A DNA stretch of 32,000 nucleotides from Horticoccus luteus (GTDB lineage Bacteria > Verrucomicrobiota > Verrucomicrobiia > Opitutales > Opitutaceae): positions 870,001 to 902,000 of the forward strand of contig NZ_CP080507.1 in NCBI RefSeq assembly GCF_019464535.1, given 5' to 3'. This document shows positions 18,190 through 27,100 of the stretch, piece after piece (position 1 is the first letter of the stretch; each line of letters starts with the position of its first letter). Both the position numbers and the translations under genes were made by a program. The notes under the pieces were generated by a model. That model was not told where the DNA came from and did no database searches. It saw only the letters and a program-made list of their open reading frames with translations.

Positions 18190-19472
18190 GCGAAGATCTG
18201 AGAGAGGAAGCATTTTACTACCTGCTCGACGCGCTTGAGCCCGAGCGGCGGGCGGCGTTTGAGGAGCGGTTGGCGCGCGAGGAGATGGCACGGGCGGCGT
18301 TGCGGGCAGTGGCGGACGGTTGCGCGTATTTCGCGGGGGAAACGGCACCGGCGGAGGCGATGGCGGCGGCGGATCAGCGGGGCGTGCTGATGGCCTTGCG
18401 GGCGGAGACTGCGCCGAAACCGTTGGCGGTGGTGCGGAGCGCGCCGGGACGCGGCGGGCGTTGGGCGTGGCCGCTCGCGGCGGCGGTGTTGCTGGGGCTG
18501 AACGCGTGGCAGTTTTTTGGCGGGGGAGCGGTGGTGACGACGGGGCGCGTGGGGCGCGGAGGAAAGGAAGCCGTTGGTGACAGGAGGAAGGCCGGGGAGG
18601 ATCGCGAGGCGTTGGCCAACGGGAGCGCGACGGATGGAGCGGCGCGGGGTCGCGACGCGCGGGCCGGCGAATCCGGGACTGGCGTGGGGCGCGACGGCGG
18701 ATCGGCGGCGAAGGAGTTGCAGCGGCTCACGACGTTGCGCGGCGATTACGCGAAGCTCGAACGCGCGAGCGAGACGTTGCGCGCGGAATACGACGACATC
18801 ATCCGGCGGCTGGCGCAGCGGGCGCTGGTGGAGCACGGCGTGGGGCGACTGGCCGCGATGGAGCTGGTGGACCCCGCCAGTTATGCGCGAGGTGAACGGA
18901 AAGGGTTGATGGATTTGGCCCGAGGGATTTTGACGCAGCCGGGCATTGTCGCGGTGGGACCGGCGACGACGACGCCGCCCCCGGCGACCCCGGCGCCAGA
19001 GGCGCCGGAGCAAAAGAGCGTGGTGGTGTTGCCGGGCGAGGTGGCGTCGTGGGGTGGCCAGGGAGTAACAGCGGCCGTGCCATTGACGACGGGCGGAAGC
19101 ACCGCGGTGCCGGTGACACCGCCGATGACCACCAGTCCGCCGCCCACGGCCACGCCGGAATCGGCGGGCGCGCCGCAGTCGGCCTATGCCTGGTCGGTGT
19201 TCGACGAAGCGGAGCATCAAGGGTATCTCAACCTTTACCATTTGCCGACGGTGCCGGAGGGGCAGTCGTTGCAGTTGTGGGTGAAGCCGGCGGATTCGAC
19301 GATCTACGAGCGCGTGGGCGAGGTGCCGGCTGAGTTTTACGGGCATTCGGGCAGCGTGTATTACCAGTTGCCGGAGACCTCGGCGACGCCGGTGGAAATC
19401 CTTGTGACGCAGGAGCCAAAAGGAGCTCCGCCGGAGGCGCCGACGGGGCCGGAGGTGTTGCATGGACCGTGA
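18186..19472 (+). CDS. Membrane-spanning anti-sigma factor with an RskA-like C-terminal domain
   Basis: The gene has a 4-nt ATGA overlap with the sigma gene. The N-terminal helix EEAFYYLLDALEPERRAAFEERLA resembles an anti-sigma domain and has no HxxxCxxC. There is a single TM segment (RWAWPLAAAVLLGLNAWQFF). The C-terminus SLQLWVKPADSTIYERVGEV...PVEILVTQEPKGAPPEAPTGPEVL resembles the anti-sigma-K RskA extracytoplasmic domain. Confidence 0.8.
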   Translation: MSEDLREEAFYYLLDALEPERRAAFEERLAREEMARAALRAVADGCAYFAGETAPAEAMAAADQRGVLMALRAETAPKPLAVVRSAPGRGGRWAWPLAAAVLLGLNAWQFFGGGAVVTTGRVGRGGKEAVGDRRKAGEDREALANGSATDGAARGRDARAGESGTGVGRDGGSAAKELQRLTTLRGDYAKLERASETLRAEYDDIIRRLAQRALVEHGVGRLAAMELVDPASYARGERKGLMDLARGILTQPGIVAVGPATTTPPPATPAPEAPEQKSVVVLPGEVASWGGQGVTAAVPLTTGGSTAVPVTPPMTTSPPPTATPESAGAPQSAYAWSVFDEAEHQGYLNLYHLPTVPEGQSLQLWVKPADSTIYERVGEVPAEFYGHSGSVYYQLPETSATPVEILVTQEPKGAPPEAPTGPEVLHGP

Positions 19473-19528
19473 GCGACATGCCGAGAAGGCGGCTCCGCGG
19501 GGCGTGGGGCAGGAAGTGATTTCGGGGC

Positions 19529-19557
19529 TTTACAAGGCCGGAGCGACCGCTCTTATT
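19529..19557 (+). promoter_or_regulatory. Candidate sigma-70-type promoter for tRNA-Leu
   Basis: TTTACA (19529-19534) is followed by a 17-nt spacer and CTTATT (19552-19557). The element ends 22 nt upstream of the tRNA 5' end. The match to consensus is weak. Confidence 0.2.
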
Positions 19558-19578
19558 CCGCCTTCCCTGTCTTGTTTT

Positions 19579-19663
19579 GCTCGGGTGGTGGAATTGGTAG
19601 ACACACACGTTTGAGGGGCGTGTGCCGTAAGGCGTGCAGGTTCGAGTCCTGTCCCGAGCACCA
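19579..19663 (+). tRNA. tRNA-Leu (anticodon GAG), class II with a long variable arm and genome-encoded CCA
   Basis: The cloverleaf was folded by hand. The acceptor stem pairs GCTCGGG with CCCGAGC. The D arm is GTG/CAC with loop GAATTGGTAGA. The anticodon stem pairs CACGT with GCGTG, and the loop is TT-GAG-GG (U33, G37). The 13-nt variable arm is TGCCGTAAGGCGT. The T arm is GCAGG-TTCGAGT-CCTGT. The discriminator is A, followed by CCA. Confidence 0.9.
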
Positions 19664-19808
19664 GACAAAGCCGCGCGCAAAGCGCCCGGCACCGCTGAAC
19701 GGCGGAAAAGATCGGCCGGCGGGGCGTGGTGGGCCGAGCCCGGTCTGAGCGCTCGGTCGGTCGGCGGAGCGGTTGCAAACCGGTGTGGGCGCGCACCGCG
19801 GAAATATC

Positions 19809-20867
19809 TTACGCGGCGGGCGGGGCAGCGAGGAAGTTGCCGTAGCTGATCAAGCTGACGGCACCGAGCAGCAGGGCGATGCCGACGGCGACGAGCAGTT
19901 TCGTGGCGGGACGGCACGCCCGCCATTCGCCGATGGCCACGCCGAAGCCGGCGCTCAAAAGGATGAGGAGGATCATGTGGATGGCCCAGCTGGAGAACTT
20001 AAACTGGCCCATGCGCACGTGACCGAGGCCGTAGAAAAAGAATTGAAGATACCAGAGCAGGCCGGTCACGAGCGCCAAGAGGTAGTTGCGAGAGAGGCGG
20101 GCCTGGTCGTTGACCTGGGTGAACTCACCCCAGGTGCGGCGGCGGGTCGCGATGAAGATCGTATAGAGCAGCGTGGTGGTGAAAGCGCCGCTGTTGGAGA
20201 AAAGGTAGATGACGTTGCCCTGAAAATAACCGGCGCCGTGCCGGGCGGCGACATCGGCGATGGGCTGGCCGGCGAGCAGCGCGAAGTTGAAGACGGCGGA
20301 GATGATGCCGGCGAGGAGGCAGATGAGCAGGCCGACGCGGGCGTTAAAGGCGTCGGGCGTGCGCGCGTCCGCGAGTTCGTGCTCTTTGCGGAAACCGGCC
20401 CAGCCGGTGGCGAGCATGGCGCTGGCGCCGAGGAAGACGCCAGCGACGACGAAAATGCCGGCGCGCTGGCCGAGCGTGGCGCCGAGTTGACCGGCGAGGA
20501 GCGGCGGCACGAGGGTGCCTACGACGCAGGACACGCCGATGGCGACGGCGTAGGTGAGCGAGTAGCCGACGTAGCGGATGGCGAGGCCGAAGGCGATGCC
20601 GCCGATGCCATAGAAAACGCCGAGTGAATAGGATTTAAGCATCGCGCTGCCCGGCGCCTCATGGAGCACAGCGGCGAGTTCGGGAATCGTCAGCCACGCA
20701 AAAATCCACGGCAGGATGAGCCAGCACGCAGCGGCTTGGACGACCCAGTAGGTCGTCCAACTCCATTGGCGGACGCCCCGGAATGGAGCGTAGCAAAGCG
20801 CGGCGCAGGCGGCGCCGATGCCGTGCAGAAGAGTGCCGAGCAGGGGTGACGGGGTGACAGGAGACAT
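19809..20867 (-). CDS. rhaT: L-rhamnose/H+ symporter family transporter (RhaT family)
   Basis: The start is taken at the ATG at 20867 (MSPVTPSPLLGTLLHGIGAACAALCYAPFRGVRQWSWTTYW..). The N-terminus closely parallels E. coli RhaT (..[26 protein letters not shown]..). The motif LLWYLQFFFYGLGH matches LMWYLQFFFYAWGH. The protein has about 10 TM segments. Substrate is inferred only from family membership. Confidence 0.8.
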   Translation of the reverse strand: MSPVTPSPLLGTLLHGIGAACAALCYAPFRGVRQWSWTTYWVVQAAACWLILPWIFAWLTIPELAAVLHEAPGSAMLKSYSLGVFYGIGGIAFGLAIRYVGYSLTYAVAIGVSCVVGTLVPPLLAGQLGATLGQRAGIFVVAGVFLGASAMLATGWAGFRKEHELADARTPDAFNARVGLLICLLAGIISAVFNFALLAGQPIADVAARHGAGYFQGNVIYLFSNSGAFTTTLLYTIFIATRRRTWGEFTQVNDQARLSRNYLLALVTGLLWYLQFFFYGLGHVRMGQFKFSSWAIHMILLILLSAGFGVAIGEWRACRPATKLLVAVGIALLLGAVSLISYGNFLAAPPAA

Positions 20868-21112
20868 GAATGCGTTGGGGGAACGAGCCGTGATGGGCGA
20901 CGAGGGGGGGCGGCGGTATTTGAGGAGGCGGAAACGCCCGCCGTAAAGCACCGTTCGCCAAACGACACGGAGATAAATGGGAAAAATCCGAACGGGCGTG
21001 TGGGCCGCGGGCGCGAACGCTTTGCTTCGGGCGGACGCGGTGGTCCGACAAAGCTATAGTGGCAGCACACTTTTTTGTTTTCGGGACGTGCGGGTGCCAT
21101 CACGCTCGGCCA

Positions 21113-23119
21113 ATGAGAGTGACCTCCCCTAGGCTCGCCGCCGGTTGGCTGGCGCTAATGTTAGGCCTGGTAACGGGTGTATGCGCGGAAGCGCGCGCGC
21201 CTTTGATTCCGATTGAGGACCTGTTCGCCGACCCGGAAATGCGCTCGGTGCAAGTCGCGCCGGACGGGCAGCATCTGGCGTTTCTCGCGAAGCTCGGCAC
21301 CGGGAGAATCGGGATCGCGCTGATGGATCTGCAAACCGGGCAGGCGGAAGCGCTGGTCGCGGCCAAAGACGAAAACTATTCGTCGTATTTTTGGAAGGGG
21401 TCAGACCGGATCGTGTTTGGCGGTGACATTGGCGGGCGCGAAAGCACGGCGCTGCGCTCCATCAGCCTATCGAAGCGCCGGGTGACCGAACTGGCGGAAG
21501 CCTATAAGGAACTGGTCGCCGATCGCGCGAACCAGGCAATGATCATGGATCGATTACATTTCGATCCGAACCATATATTAATTTACGGTAATCGCAGTGT
21601 CGGGAGTTGGACGTTCCGTTTGTATTCGCTGGATGTCCGCACGGGCGAGCGTTTCGCCGTCCCGGGCATCGATGACACCGGCGCCACGCTGGACATCATT
21701 GTCGATAATGCCGGCGTCGTGCGCGGGCGAACGATTGTGCGCGGCGGGAATCGCATCCACGAGATGCGGCAGGACGGCAAGAGCGCCTTCTTCAAGGTGG
21801 CCGAGACGGAAGGAGACGCGGGCATGATCTCACCGTCCTGGTCGCCGCAAGCTTTCGCAAAAGACAATGATACGGTCTATGTCCTTGTGCTCGGCGATGA
21901 CGGGGAGATCCGGTTGCGGTCGTATCGGGTGTCCACCCGGTCATTTACCGACGAGGTAAATTACGAAGTGGAGAGCGATCCAGGCGACGTGGTGATGTCG
22001 CGGGATCGATCGAAGTTGCTGGGCATTTATTATACGACGGATCGAGAGCACGTGCACTGGTTCGACGCTGATCGCGCCAAGCTGCAGTCGGAAATCGATG
22101 CGGCACTCCCGTCCACGTTCAACCGGGTGGTCAGTTCGTCGGACGATGAAAAGGTGCGGGTGATCGTGGCGACTTCGGACGTGTCGCCGGGAACCTACTA
22201 TTTACTGGACCAAAGCCGGGACAAGCCGCGCCTCATGCGGATTGGCGCGTATAATTCCAAACTCAAGGAGTCGGATTTGCGGCCGATGAAGCCGATTTCA
22301 TATAAGGCGCGGGACGGTCTCACGATTCACGGTTACCTGACGCTGCCGGCGGGGGCGGAAGGCAAGCGGGTGCCGCTGATCATCCATCCGCACGGCGGGC
22401 CTTACGGCATCCGCGACGAGTGGGGTTACGATCCGGAGGTGCAGCTCATGGCCAATCGCGGTTATGCCGTGTTGCAGCCCAATTATCGCGGCTCCGGCGG
22501 CTATGGCGTGTCGTTCCTGCTGGCGGGGCGGAAAGAGTGGGGCGGCAAGATGCAGGACGATCTTACAGACGGAGTGAAATGGGCGATTGCGCAGGGCATC
22601 GCCGACCCGGACCGGGTCGCGATCGTGGGGGCGAGTTACGGTGGTTACGCGGCGCTCGCGGGGGTGACGTTTACGCCGGACCTGTATTGCTGCGCCGTCA
22701 ACTATGTCGGCGTGTCAGATCTTTCGATCATCGCGGGTTTTGCGCGCAACAATTTGGGCGATCGCACCTATGCGAAGAATTGGATCGGGGACGACGCGGA
22801 GTATCTGCGCACGCGCTCGCCGGTGAACTACGTGCAAAACATCCGCGTGCCGACGCTGCATGGTTACGGCGACAACGATCCGCGCGTCGATATCGACAAC
22901 TGGAAGCGGTTGAAGCGGCAGTTGGACAAGTATGGGAAGAAATACACGTTCGTCCGGCAGGCGGAGGAGGGGCATGGATTTCGCCACGAAGACGCGCGCG
23001 TGGCCTTCTATCGTGAAGTGGAGAAGTTTCTCGCGGCCAACATTCCGAATGGCGGCAAGGTCGAGGTCGGGCCGGATCGGGTGCTCGAGATGCCAGCCAA
23101 GAAGCCGGCCGCCGAGTAA
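21113..23119 (+). CDS. Secreted S9-family serine peptidase (prolyl oligopeptidase / dipeptidyl-aminopeptidase-like)
   Basis: The start is taken at the ATG at 21113 (MRVTSPRLAAGWLALMLGLVTGVCAEARA, a signal peptide). An N-terminal beta-propeller-like region is followed by a C-terminal alpha/beta hydrolase domain. The hydrolase motifs are HPHGGPYG, NYRGSGGYG, the nucleophile in VAIVGASYGGYAAL, GDNDPRV (Asp) and EGHGF (His). Confidence 0.9.
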   Translation: MRVTSPRLAAGWLALMLGLVTGVCAEARAPLIPIEDLFADPEMRSVQVAPDGQHLAFLAKLGTGRIGIALMDLQTGQAEALVAAKDENYSSYFWKGSDRIVFGGDIGGRESTALRSISLSKRRVTELAEAYKELVADRANQAMIMDRLHFDPNHILIYGNRSVGSWTFRLYSLDVRTGERFAVPGIDDTGATLDIIVDNAGVVRGRTIVRGGNRIHEMRQDGKSAFFKVAETEGDAGMISPSWSPQAFAKDNDTVYVLVLGDDGEIRLRSYRVSTRSFTDEVNYEVESDPGDVVMSRDRSKLLGIYYTTDREHVHWFDADRAKLQSEIDAALPSTFNRVVSSSDDEKVRVIVATSDVSPGTYYLLDQSRDKPRLMRIGAYNSKLKESDLRPMKPISYKARDGLTIHGYLTLPAGAEGKRVPLIIHPHGGPYGIRDEWGYDPEVQLMANRGYAVLQPNYRGSGGYGVSFLLAGRKEWGGKMQDDLTDGVKWAIAQGIADPDRVAIVGASYGGYAALAGVTFTPDLYCCAVNYVGVSDLSIIAGFARNNLGDRTYAKNWIGDDAEYLRTRSPVNYVQNIRVPTLHGYGDNDPRVDIDNWKRLKRQLDKYGKKYTFVRQAEEGHGFRHEDARVAFYREVEKFLAANIPNGGKVEVGPDRVLEMPAKKPAAE

Positions 23120-23142
23120 GCGACGGGTGGGAATCCGACGAA

Positions 23143-23406
23143 ATGGAATGTCGCGCGCGTTGCGGGGCCTGCTGCATCGCGCCGTCCATTTCGTCGGCGA
23201 TTCCGGGAATGCCCGGCGGCAAGCCGGCCGGGGTCAGGTGCGTGCAACTTTTGCCGGATAATCGCTGCGCGATTTTTGGGCGCCCGGAGCGGCCGGCCGT
23301 CTGTCTGAGCCTGCGACCGCACGAAAGCATGTGCGGGGCGAGTCGAGAAGAGGCGCTGGCAATCCTCGGCGCGCTCGAACTGGCGACGCGGACGGAGGCA
23401 GGGTGA
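23143..23406 (+). CDS. YkgJ-family cysteine-cluster (zinc/iron-chelating) protein
   Basis: This 87-aa protein begins MECRARCGACCIAPSISS, which is the CxxxCxxCC motif of the YkgJ/UPF0153 family. Further Cys residues occur in VRCVQL, NRCAIF, PAVCLS and ESMCG. It starts 23 nt after the peptidase stop. Confidence 0.7.
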   Translation: MECRARCGACCIAPSISSAIPGMPGGKPAGVRCVQLLPDNRCAIFGRPERPAVCLSLRPHESMCGASREEALAILGALELATRTEAG

Positions 23407-23480
23407 CGAAACCGGGAGGGGCGGGGCGTGGTTCCCGTGGAAACACCACACCGCGCGGAAAGCGCGGACGCGGCGCCGAC

Positions 23481-23798
23481 TCAGGCGTAGGCGAGCGTGA
23501 GGCCGCGCGGTTGCGGGGCGACGGAGCGTTTCCATTCGCGCCAGGCCGCCGCGAGTTGGTCGGCTTCGTTTTCCGTGAGGCGGCGGGTTTCTTCGGCAGG
23601 GAAGCGAAACGCGGGGAGGCGCCACCGCAGTTGCACGGAACCGAAGCCAGCGTCGTCGCGGACTTCGATCGTGACGCGGGTGGTCAGGTGGGATCCATCA
23701 TCAAAGTGCAGACGGCTGACGTCGAGCGTCTGGCCGTGAAGGCAAAGCAGGTGAGCAGTGGAGTAGGGGCGGTGGTGACTGGGCATGAGAAAGAGCAT
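23481..23798 (-). CDS. Hypothetical protein (101-105 aa)
   Basis: The ORF shows a strong third-position G/C bias: 16 of the 19 codons I checked at the 3' end. It is not antisense to any better gene. Two candidate ATGs lie at 23798 and 23786. I recognise no family. Confidence 0.45.
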   Translation of the reverse strand: MLFLMPSHHRPYSTAHLLCLHGQTLDVSRLHFDDGSHLTTRVTIEVRDDAGFGSVQLRWRLPAFRFPAEETRRLTENEADQLAAAWREWKRSVAPQPRGLTLAYA

Positions 23799-24156
23799 AG
23801 CGAGTCGCCGGTTTCATTTATATCCGGCGTTTTCCGCGACGGATGGGGGAAAAACCGCCCGGCGATCAGGCGAGGCGCCGCCGATTGGCGGCCGGGGGCG
23901 ATGGCGCGACGTGCATCCGAGGCAGGCCTAAAATGCCGTAAAGGTTGCGTTAGCATGACCGCAGATCGCGGCGCGCTTTCGTTCAGGCGAAAACGCTTTC
24001 ACGTGTGTGACGGAAAACCACGGGGCGCGCGAATCGGCCCGCAACGGGCGCGAGTCAGTGTTTCCCCGCGACGGAGCATCGTGTTAAGTCCGTCGAGGGA
24101 AGGCTGGGATGGCCGGGGGCGGTTGCGCTTTGCGGGCGGGCGATTTGCGTGCACGC

Positions 24157-27100
24157 ATGTATCGGTTTCCGCGTCGCTTTCGCTGGTTTCGATGGACGGT
24201 GATTCTCGTCGGGCTCTATGGCCTCGTGGGTTTCTTTGCACTGCCGCCGCTGATTCGCACGCAACTGCCCAAGCGCTTGTCGGTTGAACTCGGGCGCACG
24301 GTCACGATCGGCAGCGTGCGCGTGAACCCGTTCGCGCTCTCGGCGACGTTGGAAAATGTGAACATCACCGAGCGCGACCGGCGCGGCTCGTTTGTCAGTT
24401 GGAAGCGGCTCTATGTGAACGCCGATCCGCTGGCATCGTTGTTTGGCGAATGGGTGATCGGGGCGATCGAGCTCGATGGGTTTCAGGGCAACGTCGCGGT
24501 GGGCGCGGATGGCGGGTTGAATTTTTCCGATCTGCTCGCGGACGCGAAGGGCGATTCCGCGGACGCTCGCGGTGGCGCCAAGGAACACCGGCCGGTGCGC
24601 ATCGGGCGGCTGCAAGTGACGCGGGCGCAGGTGAGCGTGCGCGACGAATCGCGGCGACAGGAGTTCACGACGCTGGTGGGGCCGGTGACGTTCCTCGTGA
24701 CGGGGTTTCGCACGGGCGGCCGCGCGGATTCGCCGTATGCCTTTGAGGCGACGACGGAGGCGGGAGAGAAAATCGCGTGGCGCGGGACGCTGACGACGGC
24801 GCCATTCCGCTCGAGCGGTGAGTTTCACCTGGATGACGTGTTGCTGCCGAAATATGCGCCCTATTACAGCGCATCGTTGGGCGCAGTGGTTGAGGACGGA
24901 CGCGTGTCGGTCGGTGGGAAATACGAAGCGGATTTTGGGGCAGGCGAAAGGAAGCTGGCGATCGCCGGTGCGACGGTGGCGGTGCGTGATTTGCGGATCG
25001 TCGAGCCCGGAGCGACTGAACCCATGCTCGCCTTGCCCAAGGTGGATGCGACCGAGATCGACGCCGATGCGTTGGCGCGGCGGGTGGACATTGCCCGCCT
25101 GGCGGTGGCGGGCGGCAGCGTGTCGGTGCGGCGGGAGGCCGACGGAAAGTTGAGTTGGGAGCGAGTGTGGACGCCGGCTCAGTTGACCGTGCAACCAGGC
25201 GGAGCGAGCGTCGCGCGCGGGGCGACGACAGGGGCATCGGTTGATCGAGACCGCACGCCGGATGTGCGGGCGCAGGCGATCGCCATCACGGGGTTGAAGG
25301 TCCACGCGACCGATCGCACGCTCCCGCGGCCGGCGGACGTGACGTTGAACGCCCTGAAGTTAAACGTGAAAAACTTCTCCCTGGCGGAGGGCTCGCCGAT
25401 GCCGCTGCAAATGGGTTTTGACTGGGCGCCGGAAGGAGCCGTGCAAATCGACGGCACGGTGACCCTGAAGCCGAGTCTCGCGGCGAATGTCGTGGTGGTG
25501 GCCACGAAGATGGCGCTCGCGCCGATGAGCCCGTATCTCGAGCAGCACTTCAACGCGCGCATCGCCGCAGGGACGTTGTCGACGCAGAGTCGCGTGCAAA
25601 TCAACAGCGGCGGGACGGGACCGGCGGTGAACGTGGGCGGCGACGCGTCGCTGACGGGATTCAAGCTCACGGAGGGAACGGAGGGAGCGCCGGTGGCAGG
25701 TTGGACGGACTTGGCGCTGGAAAAATTTTCGGCTTCGACGAGCGAGCCGCTCACCGTGGCGGTGGACGAAGTGAAGCTGGCGGGGCCAACGGCGAACCTC
25801 GTGCGGCGAGCGGATGGCACTTGGAACGTGGCCGGCCTGCGGCGGGCGACGGCGCAGACGCCGGAGACTACGAGTGCAGCGACGCCGTCGATTTTGTTGC
25901 CGGGTATGTCCGCAGGAAGCGGGGGAGCGGCGGAACCGGAACCAAAGATTTCGATCGGACGCGTGACGATCAACGAGGGCGAGTTCGCGTTTACGGATCA
26001 GTCAATCAAACCGGCGGTGCGGATGGCGCTGACGCAATTTGGCGGAGTGGTCACGGGGTTGTCATCGGAGCACGGGGCGAAGGCAAATCTGGACCTCAGC
26101 GCGAGGGTGGATGGATCGGGACCGGTGAAAGTGACGGGGCAGGTGGATCCGTTGGGTCGGGAGAAATCGGCGGCGTTGAACGTCGATCTGCGAAATGTGG
26201 ACCTGGTGCCGCTCAGTCCGTATGCCGCGAAATTCGCGGGCTACGAAGTCGCGCGGGGAAAGTTGCAGGTCGACGTGACGTTTCACCTGAAAGATGCGGC
26301 GTTGAATTCGGCGGACGTCATCACGCTCGATCAATTCACGTGGGGCGCGGCGAGCGACAGTCCGGCGGCGACGAAGCTGCCGGTGCGGCTGGGCGTGGCG
26401 TTGTTGAAGGATCGCGAGGGTAAGATCGTGCTCGACGTGCCGGTCGAAGGGAATGTGGACGATCCGAATTTCCGGGTGAGCCGCGTGGTGTGGCACGCGA
26501 TCGGCAACGTGCTGACGAAGGCGGCGACGTCGCCGTTCGCACTGTTGGGATCGATGTTTGGCGGCGGAGGAGACGAGTTGTCGTGGCAGGATTTTGCGGC
26601 GGGTTCGAGCGAACTGCAGGCGGGCGAAGAAAAGAAGCTCGCGACGATGGTGAAGGCGTTGACGGAACGGCCGGGGCTGAGTGTGGCAATCGAAGGCGGC
26701 TACGACGCGGGCGTGGATCGACCGGCGTTGCAGGAGCAGAAGTGGAAAGAGCAGTTGCGGGCGCAGGTGCAGCGACTGCGCGGATCAACGGCGGCGTCGG
26801 CGCCACGAGGCGAACCGCTGGCCGCGACGGGTGAAGAACGCGCGGAAGCGGTGAAGGCGCTTTACGCGCGGACGTTTCCGGGCGGCGTGGAGGTGCCGAT
26901 GTCGTCGCCGGATGAGGCGGCTGAGCGAACCGCGGAGAACGCGGATGCCGCTCCGGCCGCGAAATCCGCGCCGCCGGCGGCGAAGAAGAGTGGGAATATC
27001 GGCTTGGTGGAGCGCACGTGGGGATTTTTGACCTCGTGGCGGAAGCGTCGGGAGGAGAAGCACGAGGAAAAACTGGCGGCCGCGGCGGCGGAGCAGCGGC

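Noticed and set aside
19579-23480. Possible genomic island integrated at tRNA-Leu.
   Set aside because: There is no integrase or recombinase. I could find no direct repeat of the tRNA 3' end downstream. The downstream genes (RhaT-family transporter, S9 peptidase, YkgJ) are ordinary metabolic or envelope genes. Only the peptidase shows locally lower GC.
23407-23480. Hairpins (CCGCGC-ggaaa-GCGCGG and GTGGT...ACCAC) between the convergent ykgJ gene and the orphan ORF, considered as a bidirectional terminator.
   Set aside because: The stems are short at 5-6 bp and no U-run follows on either strand. This is plausible but not supportable as a feature.
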